A stretch of 63,253 nt of DNA, counting the filler, from Choristocarpus tenellus KU-1152 (lineage: Eukaryota; Protista; Phaeophyceae), in the NCBI GenBank assembly GCA_964200185.2. It is 11 parts of 11 records of this genome, joined end to end, with 100 filler letters (N's around TTAATTAATTAA, not from the genome) between each part and the next. Parts side by side here need not be neighbours in the genome. Positions count along the whole stretch, not along the records: positions 22,749 to 31,128 come from CAXNAD020004787.1; positions 31,229 to 34,140 come from CAXNAD020023706.1; positions 34,241 to 36,861 come from CAXNAD020026200.1; positions 36,962 to 40,489 come from CAXNAD020019443.1; 7 more parts are not named here. The stretch is one strand, 5' to 3'. This document shows, piece by piece, positions 25,078-39,019 of the stretch. The notes below the pieces were generated by a model. That model was not told the DNA's origin. It worked only from the letters and a program-made list of their open reading frames with translations, and searched no databases. Numbering within the stretch: the first letter of the stretch is position 1; the number at the start of each line of letters is the position of its first letter. A program made the position numbers and the translations under genes.

Positions 25078-28000
25078 GGGGAGGCAAAAAAGCACAAAGT
25101 ATCCTCTCACCAGAAATCTGGAAGCAGTGGAGGCAGCACCACCAGTGCAAGCCAAAGCCAAAGTCAAAGTCAAAGTCAAAGTCAAAGAAAAGTCTTCATC
25201 TCTTCGATTCCAGTGACCCCTGTGCATTTAATAGGGTCCGAGGACAGACCCGTTACTATTGCAGGGGGAGGCAACTCCACCTCCAGTTCCAGCAGAGTTG
25301 TGCTAAAGGGGACAGGCGTTGGCAAGGGTAGGGGTGAAGGAGGTGGTGCGAGCTGCAGTGGGGGAATAGACAGTGGGGGGAAAGTAAAGAGTTGGGGCGG
25401 CAAGGGGTGGGGGTGGAGGGAAATTTCTCTTGAGATCTCAGATGAGTCGGAGGATACAGAGAGGGATAGGAAGAAGAACGAGGACCTGGGTGGAGTTGGT
25501 GGGAGAAAAGGTGGGGGAGGTGATGAGGAGTCAGTTGGAGTTGGTAGGAGAAAGGTCGGCAGAGATGAGGAGCCAATTAGAGTTTCAAGGAGGAAGGATG
25601 GGGGTGGTGATGACACGAGTGTAGTTGGTAGTAGTAGATACAGCGAGGATGATCCTGGTGGAGTTAGGAGGAAGGGTGGAGGAGATGAAGACGCAGGAGG
25701 AGGTGCCAGGAGAAAGAGCAGGTGGGATGATGATCTGTTTGTTCCTAGTAGAAAGGTTGGAGGGAATGAGGAGCCAATTGGAATTGCTGGAAGAAGGGCC
25801 AGTGAGGATGATCCAGGTGGAGCTGTGAGGAGGAAGGGTATGGAGACTGAGGAAGCAGTTCCTAGGAGGAAAGGCGCTTGGGATGAGGACCCCAGTGGAG
25901 TTTCTAGACGGAGAAAAGATGACAATCATGAGGAGTCAGGTGGAGTTGCTAGAAGAAAAGGACGGGATGATGAGGACACAGGTGAAGTTACCAGGAGAAA
26001 CTTGAGGGGGGATGAGGATACTGTTGGAGGTGCTTGGAAAAAAGGGAGCAGGAGTGAGGACCCAGGTGGAGTTGTTGGGAGGAGGGGTGGAGGAGATCAA
26101 GACTCATCAGGAGTTGTTAAGAGAAGGTTGAGGGGGGATCAGGATATCGTTGGAGTTGGTAGGAGGAGAAGTGGTGGGAATGATGACCCAGTTGGGGGTA
26201 GGAGAAAGGGTGGGGTGTCTGAAGAGGATTTGGGAGAGGTAAGGGGTGACTCTGCTGGTGGCAGAGGCTTAAGAACAGGAGTACCAGAAACTGAAACTGG
26301 TGCCGTGGGGGACAATGATATATGGGAGGCTGCTAGTGAGGGTAAGGGTAAGGATAAGGGAGGGGATGAAGGTGCTTGGGTTGTACGAGGCAAGCAAGGT
26401 GATGAGCCTGATGCAGCAGCTGGGGGGGGTGTAATGGTGCCCAGTTCTGGCGAGGAGTCTTCGGAGGACTCAGATGAGGATTGGGATGCGGTGAGATTTG
26501 TGTTTGGGGGAGAAATGATAGATTGTTTTGTTGTGCATTAGTACTGCTATTTAGAACCCGTGTATTAAACAGTACTAAACGTGTTTTGTATGGTTTCAAG
26601 GTTAATTAATTTAATCTAATTCAATTTAATTAATTTTAATCTAATTTAATTTAATTTAATTAATTTTAATTTAATTTAATTAATTTTAATCTAATTTAAT
26701 TTAATTTAATTAATTTTAATCTAATTTAATTTAATTTAATTAGTAGGTTTACGAACTGCCTCGATCTTCCTTTTGAGGAAACAAAGTATCGCCAAGGTTT
26801 GTATGTTTTTGTGTGAGAAGGGTGTGGAAATCTTGGTCACAGTCAGAGCACTCAGGGGAAACATACGGGGCCGAAAAAATATGGGTTCTGTCGATTTTGA
26901 TGAAGAATCAGGGATTGCTGCAAACTTAGACGTGGGGGGGGGGGGGGCTAGACGGGCTGTTGCAGTGGTCAGAGGTATGTTGCTGAACATTTGAGAGAAG
27001 ACCATTTCTTTCACACAGGTAACTAAACGTATTACTTAACCCTATTGCCATCTCTGGATATATCTCAAGAGACAGGCAAGACATGAGTTTTGTAGACTGT
27101 TGTAACCCTAACCCTATGGGCATGAGCAATATGTATGTGTTGATTCAAAAGGAGAAGAGGTCGATTGAGGACTGTCAACAGACAACAAGGATCTAGTGCA
27201 AATGTGTCATGTTGCTTACCCCAGTGTTATTTTAGTAAAGTGTGTTGATAGAGTTTGATAGAGTACTTGATGCATTAGCTGCGGAGACACTTTGTACAGT
27301 AATTGTTCATGTGTCCATCCATATCCACGGTCACACTTCACACTCCATAGATGATATTAGTGTGTTCCGAATCCTAATGATTGACTTGCTAGAATTTGAT
27401 TAAACTGCGATTAATCGGAAGTGAAAATCAAGAGGTAATCTTTGAGCGTTAATTTTTTTCTTGCATGTATCCGCACTGCTCGCAGAGCTCATCTGCTTTG
27501 TCTTGCGATTCGTACAAGATTCGTACAAGATTCGATTGGATTCAAGTGGATCAGTATATGTGCATTGCACAGTTAGGTTGATGTTACATTTGTGTGCGTA
27601 TTGATTCAAATGGAGGATTTGTTTGCAGTATTATGGTAGTAATATTTGGGTGTTTTATATCGGGTTTTTATAGTGAGTACAACATTGGATGCTCTTGCAC
27701 ATTGATCACCCCCCCTTGCTCTGCCCCTCTCTCTGTACCACTAACGCCCAATCCCCGCTTCAACTTCAACTTCAAGTCTCTGTCGAATGTCAATACAACA
27801 CGCCAACTTATGAGCATTTCTTGGTTGTACTCAGGAGCTGGACTTGGCTAGAGCAGGACTAATCACCAAACAGTTAGGTGGAGGGCTTGGAAGCAGCGGA
27901 GCAGGCTCCCCTGATGGTGATGATGCCATTGCATCGACCAAATCAGCTAGGCAGGTTGTGGAGGGGAGTTTATGGGGAGAGGAGGGGGGAGATCGGGTGT

Positions 28001-30932
28001 CAGATGCAGAAATGGCTGTTAGTACTTACAGGTGATTAATTGGGCAGGGATGGGGGATGGAGGTGGGGGGAATGAAGAATGTCCAGAGTTGTGAACCTTG
28101 AATCAAAACTCCCTATTTTGAATGAATAACTATTCCATTCGAGTACAATTGTATTTCAATTTCTTCTGCCTCTATCCACACACTGCATCTAAGCCATGCA
28201 CTCACTGAACTCTATGTTGTAAGAGCATTACTTTGGTAGTGCTATTTGACTTGCCCCATGTGTGTCCTTGTTATCTGTGTATCTGTTCAAGCTTGGTTGA
28301 TGGACATCATATGCTGTATATATGTTGTATGTTTTTAATGTTTTAGCCTTCTGCCCTTTTCTTGGGTGAATAATCTCTGATTTTGGTGGATATTGATGCC
28401 TCCTTTTGTTCTTTGGACGTTGGACGTTGGACTTTGTAAGTGAGGAAGTACTTCGGGTTCCAAGACCAAGACCAAACTCTCCATTGCCAAGGAGCCTTTT
28501 CTCCTTCCTCACACAATAGCAATTTCAGTAATGTTAATAGTGGTATGATACTGATACTATTTACAGCAATGTAGTACTTGTCTATGGCTCTGCAGTATTC
28601 TACTCAGTTTCATTCATAAGGGGATTGAAGTGCCAAGATGTGAAATCGATGTTAATTCATTAATTTTTTAGATTTCATTGACATAGAAAGTCTCTTTGCA
28701 CAGAGCAACACACATATGATACTCTTTTTTTTTTCAATTCTCAGTAATAGATAATTGTCACTTCTCTCTATACATGTACGTGTATGTATTATTGCAGTAT
28801 GTGTATTGAATATGCTTACAGGTTATTTGTATCACGTATTTTCCAGCTGTGGCAGGTGATACATACATTTTGTTGTATTTATGGAAGTAGGGTTGTGGTT
28901 AGGAATGGGAATAAGTATAAGGGTAAGTGGAGGGGGGAGGGGGGAGGGGGGAGGGAGAATTTTGCGGTATGTCCCTTGAGAGTGTGTTCATTATGTAAGC
29001 ATTATGTGTTCATTATGTAAAGCATTATGTAAGCAATGGGTGTTGTACGGATGTGTGCGTTTGTGTTGTATTTTTAGTTTCACTTCATCTACCTGGTAAT
29101 GCCTGATGTGTGTAAGAAAACCTGAAAAAAAAAATCATGGGATTGAAGTATGCAGTCTATTGAGACCATCAACCTGACAGTTACCAATAAGAGTGTTCCT
29201 GTATCACTCCTGACGTTATGTTCCGATAGAAATTTCCTAACACTTGGAAGTGCACTAGTGTACTTGAGACTCACTCCTGCTCTGTCTTACTTCACAGAAG
29301 AGTCAAAGGATCTTCCTAACATGAGTACATGAGCTAGGTGATTGGTACTACACCTTTGTGTGTGTGTGCACCCATTTGTTTTGGTGTTTATGCCCTTGTC
29401 CTTTTCAAACATCTTGAAGAGGTCTCACACCTCACAACTGCTGCAATACTATCTGCCGCCATCATTAGCTCAACACCACCTGATCAACTCATTAGGGTTA
29501 GGGTTGAAACAATGTGGTGATGAGCTTCATCGTCTCTGTATGTCCTCTCCTTGCATGGGTCTGACTACTCTTAATTTGCCAATTCAGCATGCAGGCATTG
29601 CCTTGAATTGGTATACTTTCTCGTGCAATTGTAGCTTGGTTTTCATGGGAATGAAGAAGGCGGTTGGGCTGACCGCAGTTGACTATCTCCTGCTTTTTTA
29701 GGTCAAGTGCTGAGATTTGTTATTTTTACCTGCTCCTTTTTAGTCAGAGGTGTACTTATATCGTCTGATACTTGTACTACTAATACATACAATGCAATAC
29801 TGCGGTGTAGTATTAGTAGTACTGCAGTTTGAAGTATATATTTTTTCTTTAGAGTGAATGTGCAATTTGATATATTTACATCCATCCATCCATCCATCCA
29901 TCCATCTGTTCTGGATATGCTGGTGTTGTGAACCAGAAGTATATGCAGTTAAGATTAAATTGTATATTTTAAAAAAAATCAATCGATGGGATTGGACAGA
30001 ATTTAACTGTCGGCACACGATGACTGAAGTCTAGAGTCTAAAGTCTAAAGTGTCCACAGGTCTCATCAGGGAGATCCAAAGCCATGAAGATTGAAATGTG
30101 TCGTGAGATGTTGGTATTAGTGGTGATGTCACACCATGTCACACCATGTCACAAACATGTGGTTTGTTCTGTGGTGTCTGACACTTTCATTTCAGTGGTG
30201 GCATTTCTGATTGTATTGCAATTTTAAAAGGACACAGCTGAATAACTGACTGAATAACCAAGCCTTTTTTGGTTCAGTTTATTTGGGGTTATTCCGGTGA
30301 ATGAAGCTAAAGTTGATTGAACTGATCCGTTGTGATGCACAATGCAGGATATATCCTGTTGATTTAAACCACTCAAGATGAAAAATGTCACAACTCATCT
30401 GTACTTTGTGAATCGAAGCAACTATTGAATTACAGCTATTGACAGCTATTGACACATATGCTACGGTTTTGATTGATTAAAACATACTCGACACGGACAA
30501 TAATTGGGAGGGTTTTGATTTACTATTTTATCTTTCTCACTTGTGTTGTGAGTGTGCTGTGTGCTCTGCCAAATTTTCTTCCCGGTCCCTTTCCTAATTT
30601 TTTTTTTTTTTCCTTTTGCCGCACAAATACATTTATAGTTTCTATTTGCACACTTCTGTCCAGACCATTTTTTTTTTTCTTTTCTATAGCACTCAATGGT
30701 AGTAGTATGGCTCAGTTCTCAACATCCACTCCCTTTTGCCCCAGTTCTGCCTTTGAATCAGATGTTGATGACGACATGGATTGGGACCAAGAGCTCTTCC
30801 AGGAGGAGAGTGGTATGGGCAAGCCCCGTGAGACATCCAGGGAAGCTGCCCGGGCGAACATGGCACTGGGTCTGAAGCTCTTGCTGAGAGGAGGAAGTGG
30901 AGTTTTGGATGAGGAGGTTGGCGGTGGTGCAG
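25078..30932 (+). CDS. Low-complexity Gly/Arg/Asp/Glu-rich protein, partial (exon 25078-26490; probable exons 27835-about 28031 and 30690-30932)
   Basis: 1413-bp stop-free exon bounded by CAG and GTGAG. It joins in phase to ELDLARAG...; a DWDxE motif recurs (DWDA-ELD, DWDQELF). The middle junctions are unresolved. Confidence 0.65.
26602..26740. repeat. AT-rich (TTAAT)n-type microsatellite
   Basis: Directly visible degenerate pentamer run. Confidence 0.92.
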
Positions 30933-31626
30933 GGTGAGCTGAGGGTTGTGTTGTGGAACTGAGGTGGTGTTGTTTGGGGTAGGACTTTTTGTTTTTCTCT
31001 TTTTTTATGTTTTTTTTTTTCCTGCTCTTGTGAGGGTAGGACTGTTGCTCACTAAATGCTGCACTGGCTATACTTGGGGTTGAGAAAAAAGAAAAAAAAA
31101 GTGGTTGGGTTTTGGGAGTTGGGTTTCTNNNNNNNNNNNNNNNNNNNNNNNNNNNNNNNNNNNNNNNNNNNNTTAATTAATTAANNNNNNNNNNNNNNNN
31201 NNNNNNNNNNNNNNNNNNNNNNNNNNNNGGTAGATTCGTGTTTTTTTTTTTTTTTTTTTTTGGGGGGGGGTGAGCGGAATGGTGTCTCTTGAGAGGGAGG
31301 AGAGAAACTTGAAATTTGTAGGATTATTTTTAACTGTATGAAAAGTTGTAGTTATTGTTATTTTTGCATTTATTATGCGTGTATGTTGTGTGTATGCTAT
31401 GAAATATATGTTGATATAACTCACTTTTCGTGTTTTTTTTTACTCCTTTTTTTGTCCTGTGGTGGCTCCTTCATTGGGAGGCGAAGCTCGTCTGACAAAC
31501 GACGATGTCATGTCTTCATGACAAAATGAGTGCAAATATTGTCCCTTCTCTGCTACTCTATCCTTTCAAATTCAGCTTGCCCTTTGCATGTCATCCCTTT
31601 TCTCTTTCCCCTCTTGCCGTTGGCAG

Positions 31627-31843
31627 ACCCAAGGAGTGGCTCCTTTCCTCAAGGGCAGATATCAGAAGGCACCCTCTGTCCCTCGGAGCGTTGCGGCTGT
31701 GGTTGTCTTACCGTTTTTCTGCATGGTAGGTGAGGAGTGGGGTAATGATGAGGCCCTGTTGGAAGGGTGGAGAAATGGGATTTGTAAACTCTAAAATAAA
31801 GGAAAAAAAAGAGTGTATCCACTGAAGTATACAGCATCGCATT

Positions 31844-31877
<34 letters not shown>

Positions 31878-33702
31878 CTGGCCCTGATATATCAATCTTG
31901 GAAATGGTGGGAGATGCTTAGACCTTGCTTTTGTAAACTTAGGAGTGAAGATGATGTGCTCCTGAGCTTGTAGGGTCCTGTGTAGTGGTCGAAGGGGGGA
32001 GGAATGTTGATTTCTTTTTTATTTGGTACATTTGTAGGTGTGTTGGAATGTGCTTGATTTTGTGAGTGGTATTTACATGTTGCAGGTATAGTTAAATGAT
32101 TTGTATGTACTGTACATGGTATGGTTTGGCTATGGTGTGTGGACATAAGCGACCATAGCATTGTAGTACATGTGTGTGCTTTAATTTGAGAGTAGGCGGA
32201 GGGGGGGTGTATGGGGTGTACAGAAGGAAGAGAGGCGGTTGCTCTTCTGTTTCGTTGTGAGTGTTTTGTGGGAGAGGGGGCAGCTGAGGAAGTTATAGAT
32301 AGCTGGAAGTACTCTAGGGTATAGCAGTGGTTGTGGCATTCATAATGTCTTGTGTGTGAGTGGGAGAGTAGAGTTGAAGGGTAGGAAGGCATTTGGCAGG
32401 GTTCACGTTTGCCGACCCTGTATTGAAGATTTGCAGCCATGAGACTCCTGAGTAGGGAAAGGTGGAGGGGGTGCCAGAATGATGGTATATACAGGCAAGA
32501 GAGCATGCGCATCATTGCCCGTAAAGGTGTAGAAAAAAGATGTGTTGTACACATTCACTTGAGCTCGCATGTGCTATGTATATACTCTGTTTTGTTATTC
32601 TAGATTAATCCAGGTACAGTGAGTAGAGCACGGTTGTGATAGCCTCCTTGGTTCTTTGACGGACACAACTCACCACACTGTGTGGAAATATCAGAACATT
32701 TCATCAGTCTGGGCAGTTACGATGGATGAGATTGAGGACATGACCACAGAGTGTCCTGTGGTCTTGGACATGGTGAAATAGTAGTTGACCACTATTGACT
32801 GTCCTTGCTCAAGTACTTTGGTACCAGGTTGGTCAGTGGCCTGGCCATGATTAAAACAGTTGGCATTCATGGATTAAAAAAAAAGCGTATTCACCTGCCT
32901 GCCCCAGTCAGGATAGGTTGGGCCGACTTGTTTGAAATTTTTGTTTGTTTGTTTGTTTGTCCGAATTTATCCCAAACACTTCCAAGAACAACTGTACTTC
33001 AAAAAAAAAAAGTTTTGTTCTTCACCCCTTGCATGTTACGTAACTGTTGCGATAGATAAGCTATACTTTATGTGGACTCTTCAGTCCTGGTTCTGTGTGT
33101 AGTATTGTCACTGCTGTAGGCTGAACCTGGCCCAGTGAGGATACAATCTCATGAAAGTCCCAGTCCGGACTCGCCACAAGATACTAGGACCTGTCCTGCC
33201 CGCAGACACTGGACTGGTTGCAATGCTTGATGGACTTGGTCTAGACTTGTTTGAAATATTGGAACCAGTCTGACCCCCGGATTGCTTCCTTTGCATTTAT
33301 TTATCTGCCTGGCCTGATGAAAAATCCTGTTTTATTTAAATAGCGATCATCGAGCTAGCCGCCCCAGTTCAACTCCATTCCCTAACCTTTCGCCCTAATT
33401 GTGGTGCTCAGTGCCTAGATCAATGACGTTTTTTGACACGACCTTTTTTTTTGTTCTTTGCTGTTTGTAACGCTACGATCCATTGCCTGTGGCGCTACCG
33501 GGCGTATGCATCTCCTTGGTGAATGTGTGTTGTGAAGTCATGGTGTTGTTCCCCCTCTTGGTGCCAGTGTTCCTGGTCCTTTCCCTTGCTTTGGTGGGTG
33601 GTGGAGTCCTGCTCGGCCCTGTGTGTCTGGGCAGCAGATGGAGAAGGGGCAGACTGATGACGGCGTTGGAGCCTACTTTGTTTCAACTGCTGGCTGAACA
33701 AG
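31627..33702 (+). CDS. Two probable exons of an unidentified membrane protein (31627-31726; about 33480-33702)
   Basis: CAG/GTAGG bounded PKEWLLSSRADIRRHPLSLGALRLWLSYRFSAW, and a hydrophobic stretch VMVLFPLLVPVFLVLSLALVGGGVLLG. No family recognised. Confidence 0.35.
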
Positions 33703-34240
33703 AGGCAAGGGGGGGTGGGGTGGGTGGGGTGGGGGGCTCCTCTGGGATGGAAGGTTTGTTTTATATATATTCTGTAAAGAGAAGTGGGGTTCATTAATAG
33801 TACAAGCAATAGACTCTTTAGTATCTCGAGTGCTGGATTATATTTTTGTGGACTTGCAGTACAGGGCGGTTGTCTTTTTCTGGTGGTATGGAATGCTGTG
33901 GATGGGGCTTTGAGTACGGTAATCAGGGAGTTAGGATGAATGATGGAAGGTGCTTGTTTTGATGAGAAGAGTGAAGCACTCATTTAAAAAAAAGTATAGC
34001 TCTCAAGTGTCACGTACTGAGATGTGCAGAGAAGAAGAGGGCACTATTGTTGAACTCGGAGCCCACCTTACTGTGACTTGCATAAATACGAACCTTATCC
34101 CAATTATTCTTGGCATTAGTAGCAAGTATTGATAATTCACNNNNNNNNNNNNNNNNNNNNNNNNNNNNNNNNNNNNNNNNNNNNTTAATTAATTAANNNN
34201 NNNNNNNNNNNNNNNNNNNNNNNNNNNNNNNNNNNNNNNN

Positions 34241-34506
34241 CTCGGCCTTGACTCATCGGGGATGGTGAAGGAAGGCGGTGGGAGTAGGCATGTCGACCTC
34301 AGAGAGCTGGCCAAGGCCGGACAGAGCCTTCAGGTGAAAGCTTGCGCTTTTTTTTTTAATTATTTTTTTTGCTCTGTGCGTCAGGGACACTCGTAGAGAT
34401 TTTTTTTTAAGGTCCCTAGCTAGCTGCTACCTACTCAAGATACCGTTGAAGTGTTGTGGTGTTATGTTTTTGGTGTACAGTATTCAAAGTATTCAGAATC
34501 ATCATC

Positions 34507-34538
<32 letters not shown>

Positions 34539-35510
34539 TATCTAGTTTTAGTACATGGTGTATGTGATACGCGTATGTGTGCTCATTTTTTCTTCTGGCA
34601 AGGCGTTTTTTTGTGTTAAGGATGATTCTCTTTTTTTTTTTGGCATTGGCTTTGCTGCACAAAATTTCCAATTAATAATATATATATATATATATTTTTT
34701 TTTTGTTGACGTTCAGTGCGATACTTCCTATAGTATGTAAAAGTGCAAAGTTATGCTGAATGAGATTGCCAAGTTTTGTATATTCCAAACATATGCGGAA
34801 TTGTTACTACAGTGATACGTCCAATCAAGAGACAACGGAAAGCGTTTTCAAGAGCGGAGCTGCCCCTCCCCAAAAAAAATTAAAAAAAAAATGTCAACAT
34901 TTTTTTTTGTATTTGTTATTGCTTCTGTCATTGTAGGATACTACTGTCCTAACCCTAAGCTTGACTTGATTAGTCATCTGTTCTTGCGCCTTTTTTGTAG
35001 ATTTTTTAACTTTTTACAATATGTGTTATTTTGAATTTGTGATTCGTCGAAATGTCAATGAAATATACATATATATGTATGTATATGTATGTATATATAT
35101 ACATCTTTTAGAGCTACATGTTGTCACTGAAGTTTAATTATTCTGTACTAATTATTCTGAATTTCTCTCTGCTTCGTTGATAAATCTATATGGTTCTTTT
35201 CACTGTCGAATCAAGGATTTTTTAAAAATATATATACATCTATTTATTTAACAAGATAATACATATATTAATATATATATGTATATATGTTCCCAGTTTT
35301 CGTTCACTTATTTTTTATTTTTCATATACAACGATTCCAAAGGACCTGGAGGGTGTGCTGATGGATTCTGACATGGGCGGACTATCAGTGGTTGACAGGG
35401 AGAGGGCCTATGTAGAGACTGTTGCAACATTTGTCAGACGTGCAGCATCAGATACTCTTGGGCGGGGGCTCAAGGGCCTCAATCAAGCAGAGGTCGGAGG
35501 AGCTTTGCAG
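34241..35510 (+). CDS. COG5: Conserved oligomeric Golgi complex subunit 5, fragment (exons 34241-34333, 35343-35510)
   Basis: Spliced DLRELAKAGQSLQ-DLEGVLMDSDMGGLSVVDRERAYVETVATFVRRAASDTLGRGLKGLNQAEVGGALQ matches the COG5 pattern KAAQSL...LSGIEV...QVGTALQ. Confidence 0.85.
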
Positions 35511-35911
35511 GTAAGATTGATGCTAGGTATCTTGTTAGAGGTGATTCGATTTGGGGGGTGGGGGAGGGAGTTGTTCCGGGCTGGGTTGACTTGGGAGAGG
35601 GGGTATCAACCAGACCAAAGGTTTTCGTAAGTGATAACGTTTTTGTTTTTTTATCTTCTTTTCAGACCAGGATTTCTTTTTTCAGTTTTCACTTAATTAT
35701 TATTATTATTTTAATTAGGGTTGTATTTTTTTGCTTGTAACTTCTTTGTATCATTTTGTAATGAATCAGGGTTATATATATATATATATTTATTTTTTCT
35801 GTTCACTTTGTATCTTTTTTTTTAATAACCAGAGTTGATTTTTTCTTCGTTTAAAGATTTTGGTGACGGTTTCCGTAAAAATGTTGGTTAATAGTGGGAG
35901 ATTCTAATGAC

Positions 35912-36135
35912 ACTATACTATACTATACTATATTACACTGTACAACACTCTACTATACCAAACCATACTATACTATACTACACTACACCATACCATACTA
36001 CATTACACAATACAATACTATACTTCAACATACTATTATACTATAATATAATGTACTACACTATACTATACTATACTATACTATACTACACTACACTATA
36101 CCATACCATACCATACTATACTATGCTATACTATA
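35912..36135. repeat. (ACTAT)n degenerate microsatellite
   Basis: Directly visible pentamer array. Confidence 0.93.
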
Positions 36136-37007
36136 CACCCGTGATGACACGTGTTTGATCCCTAACCCTTCCACTGTCATTACTGATGTAAAGGTTGGTG
36201 AGTCACCCAGAGGAGTTGAAGACAGTGGATAAGTGAGTTCATATTATTGTTTTTTATTGCTGTTGGTTAAGACCCCAACCCCTCAGGTTACCAGTCCTTT
36301 TTTTTTGTAGCCTGAAGAAATGAGATGTAATAAAAAATTATGAATACTTCATTCAGGATGTTCTGCATTTCTATCCCTCTTCTTCTTTCCCACCTTAACC
36401 CTGAAGTGTGATTTCCACCCCAACCCTAACCCTATTTTTAATATTATTTTCCAAATTCCCATGATATGTGATGGTATATTGCACCTCAAAAGCACACATG
36501 TTTTTGTCCTTCATTTGCATGGCCCAACCGATCGATCCTTGTTTGTTTTTTTTAGCTTAAGAAAACTTTTAGCTTAAGAAAACGCCGTTCAAATGCAAAC
36601 CCTTTCTTTCTTGGGCGTATTTTTCTGAGAGGTACACAAAAAAAAGTGGAAAAAAAAACATAAAAAAAAAGGTTACATTCATACACAAACATACGTGTAT
36701 GTGCATGTGTATGTGCATGTATGTGTATGTATCTTCTTTCATCTTTTCAAATCCTTCTGCAGAGCTCCAGCACGTAGGACAAATTATGTATGGGCGGGGG
36801 GGGGGATAGGATCATCGCTCACAGTGGACTCTTGCTGATTTTTGGACGCAATCAGGTGTTCNNNNNNNNNNNNNNNNNNNNNNNNNNNNNNNNNNNNNNN
36901 NNNNNTTAATTAATTAANNNNNNNNNNNNNNNNNNNNNNNNNNNNNNNNNNNNNNNNNNNNATAAGGTACACACCTCACTATTTTCCTATTTTGCCTGTC
37001 TAAGGAT

Positions 37008-38190
37008 GTGCCCGAACTAACAAAAGGGATCGATCACATTATGATGGTATTGGGGAGGGGCAACAAGAACTGGGTCATGAACTCCCTAGACTTCATTCAA
37101 GTCTACCTGAATGCACCACTTCCTGAGGATGTATGGCTACAACTGCCCAATGGATCCATCGTAAAAGCTGCCAAAGCCATCTATGGCCTTAAGCAATTAG
37201 CAATGGAGTGGTACAAGGAGCTAAAGGGAACAATCTTAGCTGAGGGGTGGAGTGTTGGCGACTTCGACGCCTGCCTATATGCGAAGAGGAGTCAAGATGG
37301 GAGGATCGCTGTCCTTTTTTACTATGTGGATGACATCTCGTTGACTGGAGACTTCGACGAAGAAATAATGAGGATGAAGAACAATCTGCTTACCAAGTAC
37401 GAAGGACGGAACCTCGGGACCCCAGACAAGTTAGTTGGGGTGGCAATCAACCGGGGTAAGGCTGGCACCACACTGGACCAGCGTTTCTAGAGCATTTTTC
37501 GTGGAGGAATGGGATCCACAGAAGTACGGAGTTCCTCATCACCTTCAAACCCAGGAATGGCCCTGACCCCAAGGAAACCTGACGAGGAGGAGCTGGACTA
37601 GAGGTACAAACCTTACCGCACCATTCTGGGGAAACGTATATTCCTAGCTGGGATGACACTATCCAACAGTGTGCGGGAACTTCAAGGACACGCAGCATCT
37701 CCATGCAATCGACACTGGAAAGGGCTGCAACATGTTCTACGATGACTACCAGGCACCATAAAGGTAGGGATACACTATCCTGCTGTTGGTGAAATGGACA
37801 ACGAGGGCCTGGTCGGGTATGGAGACTCAGACTGGGGCAATGACACTGCTTCAAGACGAAGCGTGACGGGATACCTAATCCTATTGAATGAGGCACCAAT
37901 TGCATGGAAATCCAAAAAGCAAGGAGCTGTAATCACATAATCCTCAGAAGCAGAATGGACAGCGATGGTGCATGGAATGAGGCATGCAATATTCCTCAGA
38001 GCTGGGCATACCCAAGGGGTCACGACTTGATATGGGGACAATCGAGGTGCAATCCAAGCAGCGATAACTGATGGTTTCAACGGAAGGACAAGGCATGTCG
38101 ACATCAAGCTGAAATGCACCAGGGAGTACGTTAACAAAGGATTTTTCACAGTAAACATCAACGACTGGAGACATCATGGGCAATAAATGC
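37008..38190 (+). mobile_element. Ty1/copia LTR retrotransposon RT-RNaseH, degenerate
   Basis: RT motifs LDFIQVYLNA, KAIYGLKQ and YVDD, followed by GYGDSDW, RRSVTGY, WKSKKQ, SSEAE and RTRHVDIK, with stops and frameshifts. Confidence 0.95.
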
Positions 38191-38281
38191 TATGCACCCC
38201 CCTCTCCCGAAGTGTGGATCCCACCTTCTCCTGTACCTCGGTACATGAGCTTGGATACAACACTGAGTGAGGGAAAGAATA

Positions 38282-38676
38282 TGTTGCCGACATTGTGCAG
38301 CACAGAACCGATCCATGAAGAGAGCGGTTACATGGGGATAACCCAGGTCATCAAAGTCCCCAAGGCTGGAAGAACGCGTACGAGAAGGAGCATCAAGTCG
38401 GGGGAAAAGAGAATATAATCCATTCCTTGCGTTTGTGGCAGGGAAGGAGTGTAGATTCCGGAAGAGACATAGGTTCTGCGAGTTCGATTACTTTAATGAA
38501 GGGGAGGACAACAAGAAAGGGGATAATGCACAGGGTATACCGGCCAAGCAGGAGCCCTAAGGATACAGGCCCATCGCCCACAGGGATGAGCCGGTAAAGC
38601 GAGATCCATGGATGTCAGCGCTACCACAGCACGCGCACCGGACAACAGGGATTCTAAGACCAGAGTCTTTACATCA
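38282..38676 (+). repeat. Putative 3' LTR of the copia element
   Basis: Purine tract GAGTGAGGGAAAGAA precedes TGTTG; candidate end CATCA. No second LTR is present to confirm it. Confidence 0.45.
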
Positions 38677-39019
38677 GGCAATTAAAGGTAGAGGGGGAGG
38701 AGAAGATGGGGGTAAAGACAGAATTGAAGAGTGGTTTGGGATTTGGGAGAGGTTGAAAAGAGTGGACTAGGAATTCAAAAGTTCATTGCAGGAGTTGAAC
38801 GAGCAAGTAAGTAATGGAGAAGGGTTACTTGAGTGTGGGTGATTGGGGGAGATTGGTTGCTGGGCTGGGAAGGAAGATGGAGCCCTGAACTTATGAATTG
38901 GGGTAGGATTGAAGGTCACTTTGGAAAGAAGGTAGGATTCATACAGATAGAGAGACTGTAACAAGTAGTTCAAGTTGGGGTAGCGGTGAACGTGAGAGGG
39001 GAGGGTAAGGGTTGAAGGG

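Noticed and set aside
25182-25925. 247-aa Ser/Pro-rich minus-strand ORF
   Set aside because: It is the antisense shadow of the G-rich plus-strand exon.
24595-26541. 648-aa single-exon ORF with FTTPVHHSCSPLL repeats
   Set aside because: The N-terminal part is read-through of a stop-free 13-bp minisatellite. The splice signals point to an exon at 25078-26490.
35907-36158. Tyr/Thr-rich 83-aa ORF
   Set aside because: It is a translation of the (ACTAT)n microsatellite.
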